A DNA stretch of 31,334 bases from a virus (lineage: Duplodnaviria > Caudoviricetes), in the IMG/VR virus record IMGVR_UViG_3300010362_000071, positions 1-31,334 of that record; one strand, given 5' to 3'. The translations under genes were made by a program, and so were the position numbers. The notes beneath the pieces are model-generated. The model saw only the letters and a program-made list of their open reading frames with translations, was not told where the DNA came from and did not search any database. Below, piece after piece: positions 9,901-18,300 of this stretch. Numbering within the stretch: position 1 is the stretch's first letter; every line of letters starts with the position of its first letter.

Positions 9901-10174
9901 GCACTTCAATCAGATGCTGAACACCATCCAGCAGCGGCTCTCGAACGGTCAGACCGGCGAGCAGGCCGTGCGCGACGTCATGCGCTCGGAGGGCCAGGGC
10001 TACATCGACACCTCCCGCGCCTACGCCGACGCCCACTACGCCCAGCAGCCACCGCCGGGACCGTCGCTCTTAAACATCCCGACCCAGACCCAGCCCCAGG
10101 ACTACCAGGCCCTCGCCGGTGCCTATAACCCGCAGCCCATCCTGCCCCCCTACGACGGCACGGGGATGCAGTAG
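6995..10174 (+). CDS. Internal virion/ejection protein with lytic transglycosylase (SLT) domain and long Pro-rich linker
   Basis: LLRAVSWQESGFNP (catalytic Glu), GLNQFLDST and ALVKYHGG correspond to SLT motifs; 1059 aa. Confidence 0.8.
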   Translation: MGGQFLDALRRAAGGVSSAAQSPIVSGAAQMPLQLGSTLAQLPLAYFQNYLQKFRAPGIVNQINEAKLADLQSTALQDPAIRAAMPYRPDIARLIGTRVEPIAGGLPPPERALPGMRSLYRAGVVRTGQPGLPMALPPLTETTESLAREKARADITQSYASAELSRAKAGQLTTNNPNPPDGLPPDQSAWVNTQIRDSLTGRTWVWELRVAPGRPGQQGAPGPGQQGAAPGAPPGRRISLAPGGGGGGAIAGFSPAQNDLMRSPMYDETARRYGYMPNLLRAVSWQESGFNPNIAPHLTKHGWVRGLNQFLDSTGAQYGIDATNWREPALQIEALGQHLRKLGANSASMQSIYDALVKYHGGGPQSVDQLGVTSDAYAKAVLQKWQQLDDAQVGFVGGGPPGTEPSAGQQPAEPAPTQQAQAPGQPPGAPPAPRMPSFQEINPEPLPAEPAGAPPTTTTTLAPAAPAGGGPQPEPPRLGGTPSQQQPPQLGMSEPAPGQRTQADWDIFGPAPEDQATQGSPSGAFPEPGPSPTTGQPTPVATAAPGRQLAALPPPERRLGSVSGAFLGPAEAAAAPPPAPPRPPPAAPPSTLAPSQQIGQTLAPPEANIPAPGPAPIPQGVGPTPVVPATTTPGALPLAPRQAAAGGAPGQAPPGASGAPGAPAPGGTIPPGERIVGSIRPGFGLDLNSPDLGVAQGIQQGQRRPGSSGVAGTLPVVDTDPSPLFPDTNTRYVTMPTGEVKLNPQVPVTPDETLMMDAVAHTPGASEYVRQTYTSQIGRRYPDAATARQNAVQDLKVRRVMQAYTQELNQGRITSANKVAQVARAQIAKDFLATYLTQVRRMDPQGNMAPDYNRDGNPRIALDALSDNPEWIDFSQQPLTAPFGQGGPGIPLYVQHFLGMDPSWMSIRQMAIYGDGAAIILMANLGSAQNAVRALGDVGNLAVAEQEMVMRNLIPSPRDSRGLALGKVLHFNQMLNTIQQRLSNGQTGEQAVRDVMRSEGQGYIDTSRAYADAHYAQQPPPGPSLLNIPTQTQPQDYQALAGAYNPQPILPPYDGTGMQ

Positions 10175-10176
10175 CC

Positions 10177-11967
10177 ATGGCCGACTGGCGGCTCCCGAAG
10201 TACCAGGCCCTTGTCAGTGGCGCCGCGTCGGGCGATCCGCAGGCGCGCCAGAAGCTCGACTACCTCCGCCAGAGCGACCCCGCGCTCACGAGCCGGCTCG
10301 ATCGCGAGGCTCAGCCCGGCACCACGGCTGGCGAGGTGATGGGAGGTGCGCTCGCCGGGGCGCCCGAGCCGACAGCGCCGACGGCGCAGCCCACCCAGCC
10401 GCCGTCGCCACCCACTCCCACACCGCCGCCGGCTCCGCCGACAGCGCCCGCAGCGCCCGCAGCCCCCGGCGCCGAGAACTTCCCGAGCTGGCTCACCGCT
10501 GCCGCGAAGGGTGCCGGCCCTGCCCCCGACGTCTCGGGCCGCAACTTGGCTCCCTGGATCCCGACGACCAGCGGCCGTCTCCTCTCCACCCTCGCCGGCT
10601 CGGAGCCGCGCATCCCGGAGCCTCACTACCTAAAGGGCCTCCAGGACCGCTGGACCCAGACCTGGGAGCAGGCGAAGGCCGACTGGGGGACCGACGTTTC
10701 CCGGGAAACAAGTCAGGCCTCCGCGACCGCTCTCCCCCACTTCGCTCGCCAGGGCATGGCGCTCGCCGAGGGCGGACAGGAGGGCGCCATCGACGTGCTC
10801 CGCCAGTGGATCGAGTCGCACTTCGCTGTCAACTCAGACGGCAGTCTCAACCTGAACGCGCCGCAGTACGGCGACATTGCCGGCCGCGCCGCCAAGGTGC
10901 TCGCCATCCTGCCGATGGTGAACGAACTCGCCCGCATCGGCTACAACAACTGGCCCTCCCAGGTCCGCCGCGATCTCACGGCCTGGGACGAGGCGCGCAA
11001 CGTCACCTACCCCCGCATGCTGGAGGAGCAACGCGCCCAAAACCTGGCGCTGCGCCGTGGCTACGAGGCCGACGTCTCCGCCCGCAGCGAGCGCATGGCA
11101 GCGGCCGAGGCCGAGCGCAGTGCCCGGGGAGCTGCCGCCACCGAGACGCGGCGCCTGGAGCGGCTGCGTGCCGGGGAGGAGTACAGCGCCGGCGCGGAGC
11201 GTGCGGCCAGCGGTGCGCAGCAGACCCTGCGGGAGGCCGATCTCCGGCTCGCCGACTTCTTCCGCGCCGCCGAGCCGAACCCCGAACTCTCCTACCGCAG
11301 CCAGGCGCTCGCTGCCTCCCGCGAGCCCCCCGACATCATGGGCGCTCCCCCCACCGACATCACGCTACGTGGCCAGAGCTACTTCCCGGGCAATCGCCAG
11401 GGACCGATGACGATCGCCGACGTCACTCGCGAGCAGCCGGGGCTCATCGCTGCCCGCGCGCGTGTGCACGGTGCCAGTGCCGCCCGCGTGGACGCCAGTG
11501 CGCTCTTCGACCGTGCCGCTGCCTCCACCGACCCTGCCACCACGCAAGCTCTCCTCCGCCGTGGCTACGAACTCCTGGAGCGCCACTTCCCTGGCATCCA
11601 GCGCGACCCGACCTGGCAGTCTCTCGTCCAGCGTGCCGAGCGGGTCGAGCAGCTCGGCGCCCCCGTCCCGCCGCAGCCTCCCATCACGCCCGAGCCCGTC
11701 GTGCCTCGTCCCGACTACGCGCCGCGTCCCGAGATGCCGGAAGCTGGCCGTGGCCCCCGTCCCGAGCGTCCGACATACCGCGAGGCTCGCAACCGCACCC
11801 TCGGCCGCGCCGTCGCTCCGGCCCGCGTGGTTGCCAAGTACGGCTTGATCGGCGCCGCCGCCGGGGCGAGTGGCCAGGTGGTCGCACAGCTCTTCAAAGC
11901 CTACACCGACGCGCTCGGCAGCGAGGCCGCCGCCCCGGTCCCGCCAACGCGGGGCACGGCGCGCTAG
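10177..11967 (+). CDS. Putative internal virion protein
   Basis: 596 aa, coupled to the upstream gene, last gene of the structural operon, Pro-rich N-terminus then helical. Confidence 0.65.
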   Translation: MADWRLPKYQALVSGAASGDPQARQKLDYLRQSDPALTSRLDREAQPGTTAGEVMGGALAGAPEPTAPTAQPTQPPSPPTPTPPPAPPTAPAAPAAPGAENFPSWLTAAAKGAGPAPDVSGRNLAPWIPTTSGRLLSTLAGSEPRIPEPHYLKGLQDRWTQTWEQAKADWGTDVSRETSQASATALPHFARQGMALAEGGQEGAIDVLRQWIESHFAVNSDGSLNLNAPQYGDIAGRAAKVLAILPMVNELARIGYNNWPSQVRRDLTAWDEARNVTYPRMLEEQRAQNLALRRGYEADVSARSERMAAAEAERSARGAAATETRRLERLRAGEEYSAGAERAASGAQQTLREADLRLADFFRAAEPNPELSYRSQALAASREPPDIMGAPPTDITLRGQSYFPGNRQGPMTIADVTREQPGLIAARARVHGASAARVDASALFDRAAASTDPATTQALLRRGYELLERHFPGIQRDPTWQSLVQRAERVEQLGAPVPPQPPITPEPVVPRPDYAPRPEMPEAGRGPRPERPTYREARNRTLGRAVAPARVVAKYGLIGAAAGASGQVVAQLFKAYTDALGSEAAAPVPPTRGTAR

Positions 11968-13409
11968 CCCTCTCCCTCCTCCTCGTCTGCCAGCTCACTC
12001 GCCCCGGCCTCCTCGACCCCTGCCGGCCCTGCTTCCCGCCGCCGCTTCCACTCCGTCATCTTCCCCTCGCCCCGGCGCCTGACCTCGTGTGCCTCCAGCA
12101 GGAGCTTGAGCGTGCGGTCGATCTCCTCGGCATTCGCTCCGGCTCCCCTGTGCATGCGCCTGATGATGAGTAGCCGCTTCGCCCACCCGCCGTCGCGCTG
12201 GCGGCGCTCCAGCATGCGCAGGATCTTCGACGGCAGCTGGCTCTTCTTTGACCGCCCCATCTCTCGCGTACACAGCTCGCGGCCCGGCTCCAGCTCCCGC
12301 AGCCACGCCATCGCCGTCTCGATGTGCGCCCACTGAATCGGGGGCAGGGCGCGCAGCGGATCGGGCAGCTCCGTCTTGTGCTTGGTGCGCCAGGCGACCC
12401 ATGCGGGGTCTCTGCCGACCAAGTCCGCCACGTTCAAGATCATGGCGGTACGCAGAATGTGGCTGTCCTTGCGCGGCCAGTAGCCCGTCTGGAGCCCGTC
12501 GTCCTTGGCGAGCAGCTCGTCGCGCCGCTCCCTGCTCCGATACCATGTCGTGAACCGTTCCTCGGCCTCCGGGGTGAGCAGCATCGGCCCGCGAATCCAC
12601 GTTGCCCAGTCGAGCCCCGCGACCAGCCGGGTCTGCACGTCGCCCACCTCGCGCGCTCCGTTCATCGAGACCAGCGGGTTCAGCTCCCGGTCGGTCTCGT
12701 TCGCCCACACCCAGATGGTGCGGCCGAAGAAGCCACCCTGGAGCATCTGCTCCGGTAGCTCCTTAGCTATACCACTCTCTGTAGTACAGGCTATCATCCC
12801 TATACAGGGATTCCTGAGCGTATGCTCCCAGCTCATGTACTTGACGCTGTATGTCCGTGGCCCGAAGCTCATGGTCTCGGGCTCGTAGAGACCGAAGGGA
12901 GCGTCGTTCAGCGGCACGATGTGGGTGGCGAGCGTCTCGTTGAAGCTCTCCTTGGAGAAGAAGCTCCCCAGCTCCGGCGCCGCGATCAGTGCCACTGCAT
13001 CTGCTGGCACCTCGATCTCGATCAGCTCCCCGTCCGCCCCCGGCACCAGCTCCCTCGTCGCAAACGGCATCCCGGCCTCGTCCTCTGGCGTCATCGCCCG
13101 CACGAGCCGCTGTGCCGACAGCCTGGAGGGGAGCACGTTGGTGAGCCCGTAGCCGGGCGGCAGCCCCGTGAAGAGGTCGATGCCGGCGTTCATCGCCGTC
13201 GTCTTCTTGACGATCCCGCTCCCTCCGACCAGGCACAGCATCACCTGCGCCCCGAAGAGCGGAAACCTGCCCCCTCGCGGCATCCACACCCGCCGCCCCA
13301 TCGCGTGCCCGAGCACCGCGACACCGACCCACTTGTTGTAGATCGTCGGGCTCTCCAGCTCGCGTGTGTACTCCAGGTAGAGGTCGAGCCACGACCTCGC
13401 TATCGCCAT
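11964..13409 (-). CDS. DUF3987/YfjI-like P-loop protein (putative helicase), probable C-terminal wHTH
   Basis: WLDLYLEYT.ELESP..YNKW, LVGGSGIVKKTTA Walker A-like and GGFFGRTIWV motifs; AAGGAG RBS supports ATG at 13409 rather than 13529. Confidence 0.7.
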   Translation of the reverse strand: MAIARSWLDLYLEYTRELESPTIYNKWVGVAVLGHAMGRRVWMPRGGRFPLFGAQVMLCLVGGSGIVKKTTAMNAGIDLFTGLPPGYGLTNVLPSRLSAQRLVRAMTPEDEAGMPFATRELVPGADGELIEIEVPADAVALIAAPELGSFFSKESFNETLATHIVPLNDAPFGLYEPETMSFGPRTYSVKYMSWEHTLRNPCIGMIACTTESGIAKELPEQMLQGGFFGRTIWVWANETDRELNPLVSMNGAREVGDVQTRLVAGLDWATWIRGPMLLTPEAEERFTTWYRSRERRDELLAKDDGLQTGYWPRKDSHILRTAMILNVADLVGRDPAWVAWRTKHKTELPDPLRALPPIQWAHIETAMAWLRELEPGRELCTREMGRSKKSQLPSKILRMLERRQRDGGWAKRLLIIRRMHRGAGANAEEIDRTLKLLLEAHEVRRRGEGKMTEWKRRREAGPAGVEEAGASELADEEEGEG

Positions 13410-13494
13410 CGACCATCTCCTTTCTCGCGGCTCGTAAGAGGAAAGTGCTGAAACGCTTTGTCCCACTTCCCCCGGCCGGCAGAAACGCTGCTTC

Positions 13495-13689
13495 CTAATC
13501 CACCTCCTCGTACAGATCAACGTCGCCATCGGCGCCGACGAAGCTGAAGTCGACTGGCCCCCGGCCCGCCACCTCCATCGTCACCGTGTCGGTGACTGCC
13601 GGCGTGCGCCCGCCCAGCTCCAGCTCCTGGACATGCATGGTGCCGTCGCGCTCAACCAGCCATCGCTCTCTTCTCTGCCTGCCAGACAT
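13495..13689 (-). CDS. Small hypothetical protein
   Basis: Fills the gap between polymerase and DUF3987 genes; start uncertain. Confidence 0.35.
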   Translation of the reverse strand: MSGRQRRERWLVERDGTMHVQELELGGRTPAVTDTVTMEVAGRGPVDFSFVGADGDVDLYEEVD

Positions 13690-16264
13690 CCTCGAACTCC
13701 TCCTGCTCGACGAGTTCGGCCTGCTTCCACTCGTGCATCCCGGCCCCCCAGCGCCACCCGAGCTTCATCCCGACGGGCATTTGAAGCTCCCACGGCCCAC
13801 CGACCCCCTGGTAGGTGCGTGGCGCTCGGAGCAGTCGGGTCGCCAGCTCTGCCAGCTCCCACAGCTCCGAGCACGGTCCATCGAGCACGATCGCGTCGTG
13901 TGCTTGCAGCACGATGCGGCTACGCATCCGTGCGCGCTTGATCGCCGACCAGACCGGCAGCCAGCCCTGCTGATTCAAGAGCACGCCCACCTCCGACTGC
14001 GGGCCGAAGGCGTAGGCCTGCTTGTAGTCCTCCTTGCCGAGGATGCGGCCCGTGAAGCGGAGGTGACGGCCCCAGCTGTTCTCAAGCCGCCGCGCCTCGA
14101 TCACCTGCTTTCTCACCCAGGCCTGCCACCTGGCGATGTAGGGCCTCGCTGCCATCACCTTGTCGATGATGTCCTGGCACTCCTCAGGGGCCAGCACCAC
14201 CTCGCCCTCGGTCTCCTTCACCAGCACTTCCGAGAACCGCACCCCCTCCATGCCGTAGTTGGTGGCGTGGCGGCCGCGCTTGCCGACGTTGTCGCGCTCG
14301 GCCTTGGTGACGTCCTCCATCCCCTTCCCGAGCACCTCCGACGCCATCAGCCGGTGCTGGTCCAGCTCGAGCGGTGGAGTTCTAGCTAGCTCTAGTGCTC
14401 GCTTGTCCCCGCTGCTGCCGTCGACGATGCGGCTCTCGGCCTGACTCAAGTCCAGCTCCACCAACATCCACCCCGGCTCGCTCGCCGTGAACATGGAGCG
14501 GATCGAGTGGAGCTGGTTCTGCAAGTTGGTGCCGACCCCGGTCGGTGGCGTCTGCGCCTTCGCCCGCCCGGTCACGGTGAGCGGCCGGAAGAGCGAGCGC
14601 ATGCGGCCGTCCTGGTCGAGCCGGGTCGGGGCCGTGAACTGCGCGCGCTTCTCCTGATGCCTGAACTGGAGGATCAAGTCGGTGACGACGGCGGCCTTCT
14701 TCGGGTAGCGCACGTGCATGCGGCGCAGCGCCACCTCGTCGGCGGTCGGCCGCCCACCCTTCTTGTAGGGCTTTATCTTTAAGTCTGTGTAGAAGTACTT
14801 AAGGATGGCAGGATTAGATAGTCCACCTTTAGGTTGGTTCTTAGCCTTGCTAGCCTTGCCGGACTTGAGGATGCGCGGCCCCGTCGTCAGCGGATAGCCG
14901 ACGGCCTCCGTCATGGCATGGCGCAGCCGCTCCAGCTCAGAGAGCGCCGCAGCATGGAGCCGTGCCCGCTCGGCGCCGTCGACCGTCATGCCGGTGAGCG
15001 AGAGGTCGAGGCTCGCCCACATGAGTTTGCGGTAGTGCCAGCGATACGTCGAGGCGAGCCCGTCCCGCTCCAGCCGATAGGCATAGACGTCGCACAGCTC
15101 GGCGGTGTGCCTGGCGTCCTTGCCGCAGTAGCGGAGAAACTGCTCCCAGTTGGCCGTCTTTCTCTTGTAGCCCCCCCTCGGCCCGACCTCGGTCTCCTTC
15201 GACTCCTCCTTCCAGAAGATGGTACGCAGATCACGGCTCGCGCAGTAGGCGAGGCTGTGCTGGTCTGCGGGGTCGAGCAGGTGATGCATCGCCAGCGTGT
15301 CCCACCTCCAGCGATGCACCGGCAGCTTGTGCCACCTGAGCAGAAAGGTGTCGAAGAGCCCGTTGTGAAAGGTCTTCACCAGGTCCGACGCGAGGAAGCG
15401 CGCCAGCCAGAACCAGCCCCACTTGATCGTGCCCCGTCCCGACGGATCGATCAGCGGAATGACGAGGCTCTCCGCCCCGCTCTGCGCGAACCCTGCACAG
15501 AGGAGCTGCGCCCCTGCCGTCTCCAGGTCCACGGCCAGGTCCAGCCCCGCGCGCTCTGCCGCCTGCAACCAGCCGGCGCACTGCTTCGGTGAGCTGGCGA
15601 CGAGATCGAGCCCCTCCTCGACCGGCGGACACCCCGCCGCCACCTCCTCGGCGATCCTCCTCCAGTCCCCGCGCCACGCTTCATAGCCCAGGTTGCCGTA
15701 CAAAAAACTGGCGGGATGCACCGTGGGAATCATCCGCACCGCTATGCTGGTGTTAGACTTGTACTCTAGAAGACTACCACGGTACTGGCCGATGCGCTTC
15801 GGCCAGACGATGCCGGTCCCCGGCCGCTCCCTCCAGCTCCCGGCCTTCTTGCCCGAAACGGCTCCAAAAATGGGAAGCGGCTCCCGGAGAAGTGTATTCA
15901 GGGCTAGATTGCCGGTCGGCACAATGACTCGCCCACGGGTATCCTCGGCCAGGAGCGCCTGAAGCCGGCGGTGGCAGTGCTCCTGCCACCACGCCACCTG
16001 CTTGGGGCTCAGCTCCTCCACGTTGTTCGAGGGAGGCCGCTCCTCGCAGACGTTCTCGATCCGCACGTCCTCGCGCTGGATGCCGAGCGGCGTCCAGCCC
16101 TCCTGCTGCTGGAGCCTGCCCGCCTGGCCGACGAACGGCTCCCCGTGGAACACCTCGTCCCGCCCGGGCGCCTCGCCCACCAGGATGATCCTGGCGTCGG
16201 TGGGGCCGACACCGCGCACCACCCGCGACCTCCCTCCGTGGAACGTCGGCATCAGCCCCACCAC
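13652..16264 (-). CDS. polA: Family A DNA polymerase fused to N-terminal family-4-like uracil-DNA glycosylase and 3'-5' exonuclease (SPO1-like architecture)
   Basis: UDG motifs VGEAPG, PFVGQAG, VHPASFL; ExoI DLET, ExoII HNGLFD, ExoIII YCGKD; Pol motif A DLSQAESR, B KRGRHATNYG, C AHDAIV; start may be ATG 16252. Confidence 0.93.
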   Translation of the reverse strand: MVGLMPTFHGGRSRVVRGVGPTDARIILVGEAPGRDEVFHGEPFVGQAGRLQQQEGWTPLGIQREDVRIENVCEERPPSNNVEELSPKQVAWWQEHCHRRLQALLAEDTRGRVIVPTGNLALNTLLREPLPIFGAVSGKKAGSWRERPGTGIVWPKRIGQYRGSLLEYKSNTSIAVRMIPTVHPASFLYGNLGYEAWRGDWRRIAEEVAAGCPPVEEGLDLVASSPKQCAGWLQAAERAGLDLAVDLETAGAQLLCAGFAQSGAESLVIPLIDPSGRGTIKWGWFWLARFLASDLVKTFHNGLFDTFLLRWHKLPVHRWRWDTLAMHHLLDPADQHSLAYCASRDLRTIFWKEESKETEVGPRGGYKRKTANWEQFLRYCGKDARHTAELCDVYAYRLERDGLASTYRWHYRKLMWASLDLSLTGMTVDGAERARLHAAALSELERLRHAMTEAVGYPLTTGPRILKSGKASKAKNQPKGGLSNPAILKYFYTDLKIKPYKKGGRPTADEVALRRMHVRYPKKAAVVTDLILQFRHQEKRAQFTAPTRLDQDGRMRSLFRPLTVTGRAKAQTPPTGVGTNLQNQLHSIRSMFTASEPGWMLVELDLSQAESRIVDGSSGDKRALELARTPPLELDQHRLMASEVLGKGMEDVTKAERDNVGKRGRHATNYGMEGVRFSEVLVKETEGEVVLAPEECQDIIDKVMAARPYIARWQAWVRKQVIEARRLENSWGRHLRFTGRILGKEDYKQAYAFGPQSEVGVLLNQQGWLPVWSAIKRARMRSRIVLQAHDAIVLDGPCSELWELAELATRLLRAPRTYQGVGGPWELQMPVGMKLGWRWGAGMHEWKQAELVEQEEFEDVWQAEKRAMAG

Positions 16265-16295
16265 TCATCCAGCCAGGCGTCGATCACCCGGTCGG

Positions 16296-17012
16296 TCAGT
16301 CCTCGTCCTCGTCGTCCTCCTCCTCCACCTTGGCCTTCGCCTTTGCGGCGCTCGGGGCCTTGCGTGCGGGGGGCTCGTCGTCCTCCTCGGCCCCGGCCTT
16401 CGCCTTTGCCGGCCTCGCCCCGACGGCCTCCTCCTCGTCGCTCGGGGGCTTCCTCGCGGGCCTCGCCGCCCCGGCCTGCCCGTTCCCCTTCGCCCCCGTC
16501 GCCCGGCGCCCGTCGCGGCCCCTCGCGCCCCCGGCGTCGGCCTCCAGCAGCTCCCCCACACCGACGAAGTCCTCGTCCTGCTCACGGAAGTATTCCCCGT
16601 TCACCCGGTTGCGCCAGTTGCCGTTCTCGTCCTTCTGGCGGGTGACGTGGCAGCACACCTCCTGGCCTTGCGCGGCGTCCATCCACTCCTCGTCGTCCCC
16701 GTCCTGCGCCGCCACGCTCGCTCTTTTCAGCAGCCGCTTCAGCTTCTTCGCCCCGATCGACCCATTCCAGGTCTCCTGCTGCTTCGCCTTCGGGTCGTCC
16801 TCGGTGCCGACCTGGAACCAGTCCATCAGCCGCGTCCCGGCGTTCTTCTTCGGCTCCGTCACCACCAGCTCCGCCGTGTACTGGCGCACGTTGGGGGTGC
16901 GGGCGTTCTCGCTCGTCACCCCGCGCTCGATCGACTCGATGACGCACTTGTAGCCCCCGGCCGGCACCGGCCCCGAGAACTCTTGGGTCTCTCCCAGAAA
17001 CGCTTTCGCCAT
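16296..17012 (-). CDS. Putative single-stranded DNA-binding protein (DUF669-like)
   Basis: PVPAGGYKCVIESIE N-terminal motif, OB-like core, long acidic C-terminal tail; downstream of Sak4-like ATPase. Confidence 0.72.
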   Translation of the reverse strand: MAKAFLGETQEFSGPVPAGGYKCVIESIERGVTSENARTPNVRQYTAELVVTEPKKNAGTRLMDWFQVGTEDDPKAKQQETWNGSIGAKKLKRLLKRASVAAQDGDDEEWMDAAQGQEVCCHVTRQKDENGNWRNRVNGEYFREQDEDFVGVGELLEADAGGARGRDGRRATGAKGNGQAGAARPARKPPSDEEEAVGARPAKAKAGAEEDDEPPARKAPSAAKAKAKVEEEDDEDED

Positions 17013-17041
17013 AGGCTCCTCTCCTTCTTCGTATGGTGTGG

Positions 17042-17257
17042 CTAGCTCGCCTTCTTCGTCGTCGTCGTCATCTTCCAGCCCTTCTTCGCGAGCAGGTCGA
17101 TGATCGCTTCCGTCACCAGCCGACTGATCGGCAGGTTCTCCGTCACGGCATAGAGCTTCAGTTCGCGGTAGACCATTTGCGGCACGCGGGTCGCCAGCTG
17201 CACGACGCTTTCGCCCGTCGGGATCACCTGGACCTGCTGCGGCTTGCCTTTCCGCAT
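17042..17257 (-). CDS. Ribbon-helix-helix DNA-binding protein
   Basis: VQLATRVPQMVYRELKLYAVTENLPISRLVTEAIIDLL has the RHH beta-alpha-alpha pattern; GGGAGG RBS before ATG 17257. Confidence 0.8.
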   Translation of the reverse strand: MRKGKPQQVQVIPTGESVVQLATRVPQMVYRELKLYAVTENLPISRLVTEAIIDLLAKKGWKMTTTTKKAS

Positions 17258-17297
17258 CCCCTCACCTCCCTTCTTGCAATATGTTAGCTCACTCCTA

Positions 17298-17486
17298 CTA
17301 CTTCCTGGCGGGGCGGTCAAGACGGCGGCGCTCGGGCTCCCTCGCCTGGAGCGTCGTCTGCAACTCGCGCAGCGCCACGGCCAGCTCGCCATTGAGTGTC
17401 GCCTGCTCGCTCCGCAGCTCGTCGACTAGCCGATAGATGGCGTCGGCGGCCAGGGCCTCGCTCGACGTGGGCTTACTTGCCGCCAC
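17298..17486 (-). CDS. Small coiled-coil hypothetical protein
   Basis: Overlaps upstream stop, AAGGAG RBS, heptad pattern. Confidence 0.55.
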   Translation of the reverse strand: MAASKPTSSEALAADAIYRLVDELRSEQATLNGELAVALRELQTTLQAREPERRRLDRPARK

Positions 17487-18300
17487 CGCTGCGCTCCTTC
17501 TGGCGGCGGTCGTAGTTCTTCCACAGACGCCGGTAGTCGCCGTAGCTCGGGTCCGCCGCCCTGATCTGGGTGCCAGCCTCCCAGTACTCGTCCGACTCGG
17601 TCTGCAAGAGGCCCATCTTCTTCCCGTCCTCGCCGCGCTCCAGGTAGGCGCGGTAAATCTCGGGCCACTGACTGGCGAACGACTCCATCAGGCGACCAGG
17701 GAGAAAGGGGGCTCGCACCATCGTCCCCTCGGCCTCCACCTTGGTCTTGCTGACGTGCAGGCCGATCGCGACGTTGCAGTGCAGCGCGGGGAGCTGGATC
17801 AGCAGGATTTCCTCCAGGACGTCGACCGCGCCGCCGTACCACTTCCTCGGGTCCTTCGCCTTCGGGTTGAGTTCGTACTGGTGCATCTTCCTGGCCTTCA
17901 GGCTGGCACTCGTGACCGTCTCGAAGCAGAACGTCCGCACCTTGCCCTTCTCGACCTCGGCGTTGAGCCGGTTCAGGCGCTCAAGGAACGCCACGGCCGC
18001 CTGCGGCTCGTCGACGATCGGATCGTGGTAGTACTCGATGCGCGCCGCTAGCTCGCCATCTGGAGCAATGACCTCCCGGAAGTCGATGCCGTGCTTGTCG
18101 CGCTGGACATCGCTCACCCGTCCCAGCTCCCAGTACGGCATGTCCTTGCCGATGGCGTCGAAGTGGGCGACGTAGATCGGCTGCGGCATGGTGGCGAAGA
18201 ACGTCGTCTTCCTCGTCCCCGGCCCCCCGTAGCACGCGATGTGCAGATCGGGTCGGTGCTTCAGCTCGACCACCTTCTTCTTCTCCTCGGACTCAGCCAT
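17473..18300 (-). CDS. AAA_24/Sak4-like ATPase
   Basis: YGGPGTRKTT Walker A-like motif, RecA-like layout, located between PD-(D/E)XK nuclease and SSB-like genes. Confidence 0.72.
   Translation of the reverse strand: MAESEEKKKVVELKHRPDLHIACYGGPGTRKTTFFATMPQPIYVAHFDAIGKDMPYWELGRVSDVQRDKHGIDFREVIAPDGELAARIEYYHDPIVDEPQAAVAFLERLNRLNAEVEKGKVRTFCFETVTSASLKARKMHQYELNPKAKDPRKWYGGAVDVLEEILLIQLPALHCNVAIGLHVSKTKVEAEGTMVRAPFLPGRLMESFASQWPEIYRAYLERGEDGKKMGLLQTESDEYWEAGTQIRAADPSYGDYRRLWKNYDRRQKERSGGGK

Noticed and set aside
8441-12173. Long alternative-frame ORFs (e.g. 8441-10036 minus, 10119-12173 plus; also 28486-30150 minus)
   Set aside because: Shadow ORFs expected at high GC; they overlap better-supported genes and lack motifs
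13652-16264. Z-genome or other base-modification system
   Set aside because: No purZ, dATPase, dUTPase or other nucleotide-modification genes in the window
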